Shown here piece after piece: positions 1 to 12,900 of a stretch of 60,000 nucleotides of DNA (positions within the stretch are counted from its first letter, which is position 1; every line of letters starts with the position of its first letter). The stretch comes from Lama guanicoe. Its lineage: Eukaryota. Where the stretch lies: the NCBI GenBank assembly GCA_013239625.1, contig MU053652.1, forward strand, positions 5,013,902-5,073,901, in the 5' to 3' direction. The notes beneath the pieces were generated by a model. It was not told the origin of the DNA and did not search any database. It saw nothing but the letters and a program-made list of their open reading frames with translations. The translations under genes were made by a program, and so were the position numbers.

Positions 1-59
1 GCTGGGCTTCTTGGGGTGAAGGGGTGACGAGGAAAGGAGAGAAGGGGCCAGGTACTCCA

Positions 60-400
60 AGCTGGGAGAGCACAATGTGTAAAAATCCCTCAGGCCAGCA
101 TGGCTGGTTCTGGACATTTCAAATGCCTCTGATCAGGAAGAGGGCTTGGTGGGGGTGCAGTGAAACAAAGATATAAAGATGAAGAAGGCTCAGATCATGA
201 AGAATCTTAAATGCCTTACTCTGAAGGCAAAAGAACCACTGAAAAGTTATAAGCAGAGGAAATGCCATGAGCAGAAATGCATTTTAGAAAGGACTCTTAT
301 AAGGCGGAGAGACCAGAAGGATCATGAGCACACAAGCAGGAAGATTCATTAGGAGACTGGAATCCTGTCTGGGAAGGAAGATTAGAATGAACAGATTCTA
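60..400 (-). mobile_element. Degenerate L2 LINE fragment
   Basis: cagatcatgaagaatcttaaatgcc...tactctgaaggcaaaagaaccactgaaaagttataagcagagg resembles antisense L2; ends approximate. Confidence 0.6.
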
Positions 401-614
401 CAAACTGTGCAGATTCCTGATAATGCACCCAAGAAATGGGATGGGTGTTGGTCCCCAAAAGGCTGGTCTCAGAAGCTCAAAAAGAGTCCTAAATTTCTGC
501 TCAATCACAGATTCCCAAGGGCCAGTACCAAGGACAATATAACAGCAGAACTTGGCTTGTCTTTTGTCCAGCTCTCTCTCCACTCACTTTTCTATTTTAA
601 TCGCCATTAAATTT

Positions 615-720
615 ACCAGTCCTATATTTTAAGGACAGAGAAACAGACAAGTTAATCCAAGTTAGTGAGGGCCCTTGCATAAGACATGGAGATCAAACCA
701 GGTCTCTCCTGGCTCTCTGA
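615..720 (-). mobile_element. MIR fragment
   Basis: attttaaggacagagaaacagac...ggagatcaaaccaggtctc resembles antisense MIR core. Confidence 0.45.
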
Positions 721-2267
721 GTGGGCAGGGACGAGGTAAGAACACAACAGCAGAGGAGTCAGGCGCAAATGCTGGCCACGTTTGGACGATTAAAGCGATT
801 ACCCATGTTTCAATGTTTCTATTTTCACATAATCATCAACAGCCATGTTATTTCTTTGAAACAAACAAACAAACAAAACCAGATAAAGAAACCACCCAAC
901 CCTGTTTTAAAAAAGAGTCTATACAGTTTTAAGGAAAAAAAAAGGAGAGAGAAAGGGAGGGGATGCCAGGAAGGCGGTCAGAAGACGCTTCCTTGAGGAG
1001 GGCTATCAGGACCTGCATTTCCCTTTCTCCTGTTTTAAGTCCCAGATGATTTCCATCCAAGTCTCCCTCGTCTGTATAACCACGTGCCACCCTCCTCAGG
1101 GAGTGAAGTGGCTTCCCAGGGACTGGGATGGGGACAGAGCCCCGCACTGGGGCAGGATGAGTGATGGGAGTGCTCTCTCCGCTTGCTCTCGAGATAAGGT
1201 GCCGCTCTCCCTGGGAGACACAGGCAGATATATATCAGGGCCCTAACCAACAGAGATAAATGTCGTAACTCCAGCCTCTGTCCATAAACATGCAGCGGCA
1301 GGAACAGCCTTCAAGAGCCCACTGTGCCCAGGGTTTAGTGGGCTTCCTTACTCGCTCAGGTGCTGAAAAGTGCTTTTAGGAGGTGGTAAACAGGCACATT
1401 ATGCAAACTCAGGGACTACCAAAGTAAACAATGCATGCTCGTTACGTGGATGTTGCCCACAGGGAGAGGCTCTACTGAGCGGAGCGGCGGCTCTGGGGCC
1501 AGTGTCCTTCACACCAGTGCCAGCTGTGGAGGCAGGGTCAGAGATCCTCCACCTGCACGAGCCCACTGCAGGTACAGGGAGGCTCGTTCTGATCAAGCCG
1601 AGAGTCTGAACAGGAGACCATGATGCCTCTTCTCTGACTCTGCTGCCCATCATTCCCTAGAGATTTAGAGACGTCTTGGGTGTACCCAGTAGGCGCCTTC
1701 TCGGTGCAGCACTCTTTATGATTACGGTGGTTAGCCTTTAACCACCTCCCATCACCTACTCCTGCCTTAAGCCCAGGCCATCAATTTGGCTTTTCATACA
1801 AAGCTCTGCTCCTAAACAAGCAACTGGCTCATCTCTCCAAATCAATGAAGCTCTCCAGCTCCCCGGAGAGGGATATATTAAGTATCAATCATGTGTATTA
1901 TTTTACAATATAATTACTTCGGCAATTAATCCATAAAAAGTATTGCTTTCCAGATCCTAACTTCTGCCAACACAAATACAAAGCTCTTGGAGAGTGGTCA
2001 CATGGCTGGAGACTGAGTTTCCAGGGGAAGAGAGACAAAGCTGAAGACATAAGCGACGGAAGGATGAGATGACTCTCCCCGGAGCCACTGCTTCATCATG
2101 GAGAAGAAATCAAGCAGAATCGAGGGAAGGACTGACCATTTCAGATGACAAAGGCTCCTGGCTCTCATGAGGCTGATGGTCTGCATCTAGCAGGGAGTGA
2201 AGATTCATATTTCCATGAGTAACATCTTCACGGCAACTCCAGGCAAAAACCCATGCCGTGAAGGGGG

Positions 2268-2322
2268 GCTATAGTCTTGTTCACTGCTGTGTCCCCAGAA
2301 CACAGTTCAATAAATGTTTGCC
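2268..2322 (+). mobile_element. L2 3' end fragment
   Basis: gtcttgttcactgctgtgtccccagaacacagttcaataaatgtttg matches the L2 terminus. Confidence 0.65.
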
Positions 2323-3959
2323 AAAGGGAGAGGAGGGAAGGCAGGTTGTGCCAGACTCACTCCATCGAGAGGCACTCACCTAGCTGCCCTCCATACTTTC
2401 TCATCTCCATCAATCAGCCAATTCATCTCTGCCCACAATACTGAGAGGTACTTATAAGACAGTGTATTTCTAAAAGTCAATCCCATTTCCCAAACGTCAC
2501 TGCTGTCAAGTTTTTCCGTAACTGCCTCACAATAATCTAATTAAAAAGGGGGTATCAACACTTACTATTTAAACGTTCCTTCCTCTCCCCTCTCCATCTC
2601 TTCGGTGGAGGAGGAATGGTGAAAAGGCTAAGATGAGAGCAGCAGCAAGAGAGAGCAGAGACGGAAGTGATAATTGCCCAACAGAATAAGCAGCCTCTGA
2701 ATAAATGAAAATTAACCAGATTTGTTTTCCAATAGCTTCAAAGCTAAGTAAAAAGAATTCACCGACAGGATGAGGAAAATATTTCATTTCGTTTGAAGCA
2801 TTTAGGACTTCTCCTTGGTATTTCTTTTACTGTCCCCCAAACGAACATTATGACAGCAAAATTAAATCACAGGCAGACAGAGTTAAGAGAGGTTAAATGA
2901 GTAATCCCCGTGAATGCAATGAGCACAGACGCTGGTTCGTCAGCCCCCCAGAAAGAAACTCCCAGCCCGCCTTCCTTTCCTATTAGCGGGAAGAGGGAGA
3001 GAGAGAAAAAAATTAGGAAACACAGAAGTATCTCGGATAAGTAAAGAGGAAATGGAATCAAAACTGTAAAACACTGGAATAGGAATCATGGATGAGAACT
3101 GTGTGTGGGAAGTCAAGACGAAGGAGGAAAAGTTCAATGGGAGGGAACATTCTCAGCACATGGCCCTCTGCTCCCATGAGCAGACCTCAGAGGCCGGTGG
3201 GTGAGGAAATGCCAGAGTGGGTCAAATACCTCATCACAGATGACTTCTTTTTCAACTGCAGGATTTTCTTATCTGTGAGATCATTACCCATATGAGGAAA
3301 AAAGGTCAAGATACAGGGATAAAGATGTTTTACAAGCATCTACATAAATAAAAATGTTCTAGTTAATTATGGGCCTCAAAATATTGGGTATCTAACACTC
3401 TCAATTTTGATAATCAACCTCAGGAAAAAATCTGGATTGCTGTATCCTGTCATGTCAAAGATGAGTTACTAGCATGCAAAGCGAAGGCAAACAGCCATAA
3501 AATCTAACAGGGCTGCTTTCCTCGGTGGCTGATGGATCTGCTTCGGAATCTCCAGAGGCTGTGAAGGCCATGGGTCTGAAAAGATACAGGAAAACTGCGA
3601 GTTCTTAATTTTCAGCCTAGAGCTAATAGTTTCTCAGTCAAGTTGGCTTTCTCCGGTTCCCCGAGCTTGTTCCACCAATTTGCACCTTCTGTGGCTGTTG
3701 CCTGCCCCTTGGAAACCAGTGATGATCTCTATTTATACACAGTCTTGGTTCCTGGAGGTAGAAGAGTCTCAAGAGAATCTTACAGAGGCGTGTTGTGCCA
3801 TGAATACAACCACAGAACAAAAATCCACGTGTATCTTAGAGGTGAGTGCAAAGAGAAACGAAGATCAAAGGGTGCCATACGGTGAACTTGTATGTTAGAC
3901 TGTTAGCGCTATTTTCCACCAAAGAATGCACGGCTCCCAAAGTAAACAGAATTTCAACC

Positions 3960-4140
3960 TGGTCCACAGATGTTTTTTGAGTGCCTACCACGTGCCAGGG
4001 ACTGTTAGGCACTGGGTGGGGTACAATAGGGGAGAAGGTCTATATTCATTAAGGACTTCAGGGGAGCATAAGGCAGGGAACTCTCGGCAACTCTGGGAAC
4101 ACATAATAAAGGGGAAGGGCTTACTCTACTCCAGAGTCAG
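3960..4140 (-). mobile_element. L2 3' end fragment (antisense)
   Basis: tttttgagtgcctaccacgtgccagggactgttaggcactgg. Confidence 0.6.
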
Positions 4141-5147
4141 CAAAGTTCTCTGGGGAAAAGAGAAGAGATGGATGAATAGAAGCCGGCTGCTTCGATGTGG
4201 CAAATGTGGATTTTCCAACACACGGGCTGAAAGAAGGCCAAGTAAGAATCAAAGAACTCCATGCCTTTGTTTTTTCAGTAATAAAAGACAAAACCTGAGG
4301 CACACTCACCCACACTCACCACTAAGGAGGGACCAGGGCCGGTGAAAGGTCCCGTGAACGTGGGCTCACTCTTCAACCAAGTCAGCCCCACATTTCCACT
4401 GTCCACTTTTAACCATCACACTCTGACCCCAACAAATTAGCTTCACTCCCAAACTCCTTCCCACACACAGTGTCTATGTTAAGGGTCTGGAAGAGAATAC
4501 ACATCTGAGATTTAACTGGCAACTTCCATTGCTACGGAACACATTGTGTGCGGACCCTTCCCTGAGGCTAATTGCCCCACTCTACTGTACCACACAGGGG
4601 GCTGAATATAGGCATCAAGGTAGAAAATATCCAGCCCAAATATTCAGCCCAGCTCCAGAAGATGCAGCCACATGGACAGACCAGCCAGGGATGCTCCACA
4701 CCCCTCAACAAGCAAGAGCTAACGTGAGCAGGAGGAAGGGAATGTCACAGTGAGAGGACAGTCCCAGTTCCATGAATGGGAAAGAAGGCGCTGCCCTAAA
4801 ATCCCCTAAGGCTGAGGCCTCCCTGGATGGTGGCATTTATGTGAATGGAACTCAAATCATGTATCAGGTCTGGGCTCAAAATGGCCACTTGGGTTTTCTT
4901 GTTACTGGATGAGCAGCACTTCATGGGAATGATTTACTGGTCACAGAGGAACACCATTTCATTCCCATTTTTTTTTAAATGGGGGAAACTCCGAGTTTCA
5001 CATTTCTAGCAAGTGGGGGGGAATGCAGACAAGATGGGGACCAGTCCCCAAACCTGTCCTCTAGCCACTGAGGCTTTGTGTGCAATGGAGACTTCATAAT
5101 TCCCAAGTCTAGGAGGAAAAAAAAAAAAAAAAGGAAGGTGGCCTAGA

Positions 5148-5265
5148 TCATTTCCAGTCGAGACTGGGCTATGAACGGGCAGCACTGGCATCACCTGGAA
5201 ACTTGTTAGAAACGCAAGATCTCTGACTCTACTCGAGGCCCATGAACCAGTCTGAGAAGCACGAT
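5148..5265 (+). mobile_element. MER5A-like hAT-Charlie DNA transposon fragment, internally deleted
   Basis: gcagcactggcatcacctggaaacttgttagaaacgcaa and terminal tctgagaagcac. Confidence 0.65.
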
Positions 5266-8200
5266 GCTAGAACTCATCGGAAGTGAGGAGCTTTCAGAAG
5301 AGCCAGGGAGCCCTCCTGTGATCTCAGGAGACACCACCACCCACAGCAACAAGCAGTCAGTGCCGGTCAGTTCACACCCTGGTCCTGGTGACTCCAGGTC
5401 CTATAATGTTTCTGCTCCAAATTGCAAACCAAGAATTTCTTCCAGGTGCAGTGAGAGGAGGGGGGCTGAGAGGGAAGGGGAGGGACTGAAGAGCCCTTTA
5501 TCTTCAAATTCAGCATAAACCCAGGCCCACCAAACAACAAGGGAGAGAAAAAACAAAATGAGAGAGTGCTAAACACAGCTGGCGATTAGCGCTGACAAAG
5601 GCTGAGGGAAGCACCTCTTCTTTCTTTAGAGAATCTAACCCACGCTTCACCACTTCACCACCGCTTCACTGCTTCACCCTGGGCTGGGGCTGAATCTTGA
5701 GCAGGGAGGGAGCTCGGAGGAAGGGGAAGGAGCTTGGTCTGGAACAGGAATTTCCTTCTCAGATGAAGTTCAAAATAAAGATAAGAGGACTTCAGAGTGA
5801 CCTGAGTACAGGGGTGCTTTTGTTTCGCTTTTTAAAATTCAAGACTTTACAAACGGGCATATGCTATAGACGAGACAGTTTTATGCTCAAAAAAACAAAT
5901 CAACAACAGCAAAAGAAACCCACAGTTTTGTTGTTGTTACTGTTGTTTTTAAATGCTGCTGGGAGACTGGTTGCATTTCAAATGCAATAGCTAAAGCTGC
6001 AAACTTCCTTTCTCACTGTGTGTGCTCATCTCCTTCCAAACATGAAGAGATTAAGATCCACCTCCTCTAAACTTGGCTCATTAAAGGCAATCTTCCTGCT
6101 AAGTATTGAACTTGAACTGCTTTGAAGCTTGATGCAAATAAAGGTCAAACTATTTTACCTCTTAAAGATTTAGGGGAAACAAACCTCCAAGAGGGCAGGA
6201 GGTGGAGATGTTGAATGAGTCCTGAGAACTCACCATTCAAAGGGATTCAACCAAGAACGGAGTTTCATCTGCTGGCCGACTCACCGTCTGATCATCCCTC
6301 CCCTTCCAATCTCTGCCTGTTTGCACTGTTCAGTGTAAAATGAGTCAGGAAAGTGAAGGTTCTCATAGCAACCGCTAACAATCCACAGCGTCGCACACAG
6401 GCAGCATCGGCAACTGCTAATTGGGCTGTTGCTAAAGGTGAACCCTTAATATACCTCATGTGTGAAGTGGGCGAATCAGCATTCTACCAGACTTTGAAAC
6501 TTCTGTATTTCTCAGTTTGTGTTTAAATCCGTAGCTTTAAAAAGTGGGCACGTGAAGAAAAACAAGGCCGAGATAAGCCAATCCTTAGCACAAGGAGTCT
6601 GTAATCCTACCACGGAGAGAACCAGAAACCTAAGACAGCGGAGTTATGGAGAGGCCCAGGTCCTACATAAACACCTGGTGCACCCCACATAAGCCCCCAG
6701 AAGCTGGGAAGACAGTTCAACCCAGCTTCTCCACTTCTTTGGAGCCACCCAGAAACACACAGTCCACATCTCATTAGGGCCCTAATTGCTCTTCTGAGAA
6801 CTGGATCGATTAGCATTAGCCCTTGGCTAGCTTACCTTTAAGCTCAGGGTACTTTAAAACTGAGCTCTGCCATCCAATTAGAGAGTGTTTATCTGATGAA
6901 CCGAGGGAAGACACCAGTTGTCTTCTGAGCTGTCATCTCCTCCTCCTACAGATTACACTTACATCAAGGGGAAAAACCAATCAACCCAGTTTACTGAGTA
7001 AGGGAAGAGTCCGTAAAATCATGGCATTTCAGGGCTAAGAAGAAAGTCAGCTGTCATTTAACATAACCCAAGGCCACATAAGCTAGGACCACATCCTGGA
7101 GTTAACAATGGTTGGGTGGGGCCTATAAGCATACAGCCAGTGGGAAGTGAGGACAGGCACCTGTGTGAGCCTTGTTACAGGCCACGCAGTCAGCAGTGGG
7201 GTCTGGAGGAGAAACAAGGTCTTCCCATTTCTTGTCCAGTGAACTTTCTATGATCAACGTTCCTTTAAAAATTTTATAGATACCTTTCACTTATTGTACT
7301 CCCCTATAAAGTTAGGCTTCCTATTCCAACTCTTCTAAGCTGAATATTTCCTGCTGAACAAAAAGGTGACAATCTCTTGAAGTCCTCTATAGGATCATGG
7401 AAAGCAATGGGGACAAAATGCTCGTCTAAGTACAAAAGCTAATAACGGTGGGAACAAGATTGTGACAATTCTTGCTGTTATAAAATCAAGGTCATTCACC
7501 GGCGAATAAAAACACAGAGCCTAGTGAAGCAGAAAGAGACAGTCAATGAGGGTGAGCACAAATACCAACATGGTCTTCATTTCCATGAAAACTCGCCAAG
7601 ACGTGATATGGGGAGTGGATGCAGAAAAGCAAACAGGATAATGAGAATGAGCAAAGTAGAAAGAAACAAGGGTCTCTCAAAATTCTGTGGCATGAATCGG
7701 GAGACAGGCAGTCAAGTCCTTGAATAGGAGCTGTTGTGCTTGTTAGACAGCTTGTTGGGAAGCACCAGCCTCGAGAGTCTTCCTCACCGGTGCCCTGCAG
7801 CTTCCAGCAGGTTAGAGTTCAGATAAATGGAGAGCTCCTCCAGAAACCACTGAGATTCTCAGAGCACCTTTAAAAAAAACAGAACCCAAACATGCTTGGA
7901 CGTGTATATGAATGAGTCACTTTGCTTTAATCGGTTCCATGATTCACTGAAATCGGAAAGGAAGCAACATTAGAAAGCCTCTATCATTTCTCCGGGTAGC
8001 ATGAAAGCTCAGATGGCAAACGTGCTGAAATGCTGGGATGGGCGCGTTCCCAGGGCTGCCAGGCAGGGCTGGAGACTCTCAAGGAAGCGCTGCTTCCAGG
8101 TTCCCAAACATCTAGGGCTGCCAGAGCCCCCAGAGTTACTATAATCCCATCTTATAAACCAAAAAGACCCACTGGGGCCTGGCACTTGACCTGGACTCTG

Positions 8201-9159
8201 AACAGCGCACTTAAAAGCAGAAGGTTCCCCTGAAAAGCGAGGAGGCTCAGAGGCCACAGCCCACCTTCCAAAGCCCGCCAGCGCCACGGGTGCTGTCAGG
8301 GAACGGGTATTTTTAAGTATATTCTGTATGAGATGGGAAACAATTATTTTATACTGTTTACAGATGTGAGAGGCAATTTGGCAAATGCCTTGATTCTAAA
8401 AATACACTGACAGGAAATGGGGCAATATGGTAACAATTCAATAAATGCTTAAGTGCTAGATATCCTGGGACACTGATTCATGATTACCACAACACTCTGA
8501 GAAATGGGCATTAGATGCAACAGTCCAGGGAACCTTAGCAGGCGTCTCCTCAGAGGAAACCCTTTCGCCAATCTCTAATATTAGCATTTCAACATCAGTT
8601 TTATGCATCATCTGTCAAAACGCTGCTATTCAAGATAGTCCATTTAACCCTTTCATCTCCAAATGAGACAGGAGAGTTCCTGGGAGATCAGCAAATATTG
8701 CGTCCCTCTGACCTGTTCTCTCTGAGCTCTACTTAAAGTATCACCAGGACTAGGCATGTTGCTTGGCCTTTTATTAGCAGAGCAGCTAAATAATTTATAA
8801 GGGTTGCATAGGGCCCATTAGAAGTGCCAGAGCAGTAATAACTGGCTTAGGACTTTGCTTACTCAGGGCTAAAGTTTAATTTGTCCATAAATGCCCCTGC
8901 TCATAAACCTGTCCCACAGGTCTGACCTCCCCAATCACACGTTCTCGCCAAACTCTCATCCTAGATGTGTTCCTACTGGTGTCACCTGTGGAGCCCAGAA
9001 ACAAATCCAAACTCCAAAACAACCACTAGAATCTCACACCCACATCGCTTCATTTCCTCAAGAGAGCCACTACCACTGCCCCCTGTAAAGCTTTGCTTCT
9101 GGCCATCCCAAAAGAAAGGCAGCATCTGGTTGATTCCCAGCCAACAAAAGAGCATACAT

Positions 9160-9342
9160 AGGCAGATGCAATGGATGGAGGGAAGCCTGGAGAAACAGAA
9201 GAGGTAAGACCTTGGTAACAGTGCATTCAATGTCACAAGATATCACAGTAATATTACATTCAATGTCAAGTTGGGCGCTGCATTCTAAATGACAGCACGT
9301 ATGGTAAGATCAAGAAAATGTGCTCTGCCCTGTATTCAGCAA
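9160..9342 (+). mobile_element. L3/CR1 LINE fossil (post-RT ORF2 region)
   Basis: ttgggcgctgcattc...aagatcaagaaaatgtgctctgccctgtattcagca resembles CR1 LGCI..SRSREVI.PLYSA-coding DNA. Confidence 0.45.
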
Positions 9343-9344
9343 GA

Positions 9345-9481
9345 AAATTAACTTTCCTAAGCCTCAGCTTTCTCATCTATGAAATGGGGATTGTAATGAT
9401 ATCCACGTAACAGCTGTGGTAAGGATTAAATGAGGCAATTCACAGCACGTAATATTCATTAAGTAAAAGTTATTATTATTA
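9345..9481 (+). mobile_element. MIR SINE
   Basis: gcctcagctttctcatctatgaaatggggattgtaat...gtaaggattaaatgag...ttattattatt: MIR core plus tail. Confidence 0.8.
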
Positions 9482-9754
9482 GAGGTTCAAACCTGGCATG
9501 AACACTAGAGAAAACTTATCTGATCCCTTCACTTTATGAAAAAACTCCAAGGCCCAGAGAGGCTATCTGACTTGGGGGGAGTGGAGGGGGGGGCGTAGTT
9601 CTAAGCTTTAATCCAGTTCTCCAGACAAGACACCCAGTCTGGTGCTCTGTTTTCCATTTCAGGGCTGTGGAGGCTCTAACACTCACTCTCCATGGTAACA
9701 GTATTGTTATTTTGTTTTTAGAATTTCAAAATAAGGTGTTAGCCCAGAACCAGA

Positions 9755-9990
9755 GTGCATTCATTCATCCAAGAACCTTCTCAGGAAGGCTGCCTCTGGG
9801 TCAGGCCTATTCCCGACACTGGGACCAGGGTTCTGCAGTCACAAGACAAAGTCCCTGCCTTCAAGCATCTTATGTTCTGGTGATGCAGACAGTCAATTTT
9901 AAACATAAGCTAGAAGATTTCAGATTGTGGCAAGTACAGAAAACAGGTGACACAAGAGAGTTGGCGGAGGTTGGAGTCGGGAGGGTACAA
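9755..9990 (-). mobile_element. L2 fragment (antisense)
   Basis: cattcattcatcc tail followed by acaagacaaaagtccctgccttcaagcatcttatgttctggtg. Confidence 0.65.
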
Positions 9991-12900
9991 GTCTCTTAAA
10001 AGAGGTCATTCATGCCGGTTTCCCTGCAGTTTCATCTCGAGGGAGATGGCACTGGAACACGGGTTTCAGCATATGCATACATGAATATGCATGACTGTAT
10101 GTGATAAGAAGAAATTATACAAAGTGGCATAAACCCCTAAACAGTTCACTCTTGGGCAATCATATCAGAAAGGAACATACCACCCATTAATGGCTTTATC
10201 AAAACAGACTTTTTCTGGTCTTCGGTCTTCCCTCCCTGGCTACTCTGGGGTGGACATGTGGGTTCAGGCAAAAGGATACCAGAGTAATGCCAGAAGGGGG
10301 TCACGTGGCCCTCGTTCAGGTGAAGTTCATGTCTCTAGCCTCTGGGGGTTGGCTTCTCAGCCCCTTGGCATCTGTGCTTTGTGCCATGAAATTCCTGCCC
10401 CAAGAACCAGTTCAGGGGATCAAAGAGCTTTTATTAATGTCTCAGTTCAGGCCGATGGAGGGAGGGAATGGTGGAGGCGGCAGGCCACTCACCCCTCCGC
10501 TCAGCCGCCCTCCTCCACAACGGGGCCATTGAGCAGGCGCCACAATCAGGGGCTGAGAAGAAAAGGCCGAAGGAAAGCACAGAGGGCCCCGCGCACAGAC
10601 GCGGTCATTCATCACCAGGCAAGTGCCAATATCTGGGAACAGCCATCTCAATTTCTGCAAATCCTCCAACCTGCAACAGCTGCTAGTGACTCTGGTGGGC
10701 GGCCCTGCGGCTTGCGCGGGGTTCCAACACCCAGCCCTGGCCCGGAGCCAAGCCGACGGTCCTCGGGTTACAGACACGCTGGCTGCGGAGCGCGGCAACA
10801 ATGGACTCACAGCTTATAAAGCAGCTTACAAAGGGCTCCCGTGTATTTCAGAAAGCACTTCAGATAGCTGGTGAGAGAAGCTATCTGCACAAACGCATTC
10901 GGGCAGTTTATTCCTAACCCACTTAATTCAAGGTTTCTGTCAGAAGCCAATGGCACAGGGTGGGAAGCTGCAGGGAATGGCAAGAGGGCCAGCCGGGCGG
11001 CACTGGGGTGATGCAGTCAGCCCTTCCCTCCAGAGTCCCAGCAGGTTGGGGAGTCCCGGCAGCAGTCAGCCCTTCATATGAATAACAGAAGGAATGAAGA
11101 AATGAAAGAGTCTGTGGGATTCCTTGGCTTGTTGTGAGCTTCTCAACTGTTCCCATCGGCATCCTGATGGCGCATTTATAGATGACACTCTGAGTGCCAT
11201 CTAGACGCCTGCCACCACGCAACCCAAAGGCACCTGTGTCTGACCGCACCTTCATCGTGGGGCCAGCCAACTCCTGCTCTGCTTACCACTCGCCAGTCTC
11301 CAGGGACCCGCCCATCTCTGTGTGATCTATCCTTGCCTTGTTAGGCACAGCTTAGTTCTGGACAAGTTTTGCCAGCCAACAGGCAGAGATCAAAAGAAGC
11401 TAGAGACTAGGAAAAAAAAAAACAAACAACAAAAAACCAACATTGAGGCTCAAAGGCCCGAGTTTGGAGTCTGGAGCTCACGGAAGCCACTGATAAACAC
11501 AGAGCGCACCAGAGATCATCCTCATGGAAGAAAAGAAATACAAAGGTGAGTAACAATTCTTTATCAATTGTGTTGTGCCCATCAACCCTTCAAACTTAAG
11601 TTCTTTGGACGAGTTGATTGGCAAGACAAAATTGATAAAAAAAACCTGTTACTTACCCCTGTCCTTCTTACCCAGAATGCACATCTACTATTTCCAGTGT
11701 GACTGCCCTGGGTTTTTCGTGATGTGTTTTAAACGTCAGAATTCACCAAGAGGAAGGGTCCCTGTGACAAGACGTCAGAGAAACAAGATCTGATATCACA
11801 AAGAAAGAGCACAATGGCGTGAAGGCACAGCTACCTACCAGAGCTCTGCTTCCTGCCCCCGACGCGCTGCCGGCAACCAGCCAAGCCCCAGCTGAGGCAG
11901 AGCGGGGCATGCGCACGCCCAGGAAGGCTCCCCTCCCTGGCCCACCATCCTTGACTGGGCACTTCTGCCATGGTTCTTCGTATCCAGGTGCTGAAGTTTC
12001 CATCTGCCAGAGGAATAGTTCCCCGGAGAGGACTTAACTACTGGCATTTATTTAAGTATGTGCTGTACTGCACTGCAAGCTAAGGGTTTCTTGTCAAAAA
12101 TAAGCTCCTTGAAGGCATATACGAGTTCCCCTTTCCCCCCGTGCAGCGCCAAGCACTAGCAGGTGCTAACGAATAACCTCTGAGTAACCAACTAGGGAAA
12201 AGAGGGATGCGAGCATGAATACAAGCAAGAACAAGTATCTGTTACCGTGTCTCCCCGCCCACCCGACTGTGGAGGAGAAATTCCCTCCTCTCTCATCAGA
12301 GCAGGCTGCCTCCCCGGAGCATCACGTGAAAGGGAAAGAGACCACTCCCCGCACTGTGCCTATTTTGATACGAAGGGTTGGTCTGTCATCAGCACATCCT
12401 AATCAGTAGCACTCACAGATAGGTCTAAACTCGGAAAGGAATTTAAAAATTCCCAATCAAACAATGAGAATCAAGAGTAAAAAAGAAATAGCAGTTTGTG
12501 GAAAAAGGGACTAAAATACATCAGGGCCCTAGAAGAGTTATTTCTGCATTCCCTGCACATACGACATCATTCATGAAGAAGGCAGTGGTACAAATATAGC
12601 ATAAATGTCGTCTGCTCTAGCTTGTAATTTAAAATGCAAATGCTAATGAGCGAACTGGTATATCAGCGGAGTTAATAACCGCATGCCTAGCACAGGGGCT
12701 GCATCCAAAACACACACAGAGAAGAGACAGACACCATGTTCCAATTTAAAAATAAAAACACCCAAATTAACCCTAGAAAAATCACTAGCAGATGCACAAG
12801 CTCAGGAAAAGGAGGCACACCAGGGCAGGGAAATGGGAACTTCTCCACCCTCCACAGAGTAGTCCATTTAAATATCTTCCTACATATAGTGAAGGTAAGC

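Noticed and set aside
6773..6786. Perfect 14-bp palindrome ATTAGGGCCCTAAT
   Set aside because: A few palindromes of this length are expected by chance in 60 kb; no other support
10190..10819. 209-aa plus-strand ORF
   Set aside because: Antisense to SND1, no recognisable homology, explained by stop-codon scarcity in the GC-rich patch
10983..10995. 13-bp match AGAGGGCCAGCCG shared with 20770-20782
   Set aside because: Many 13-bp matches are expected by chance within 60 kb
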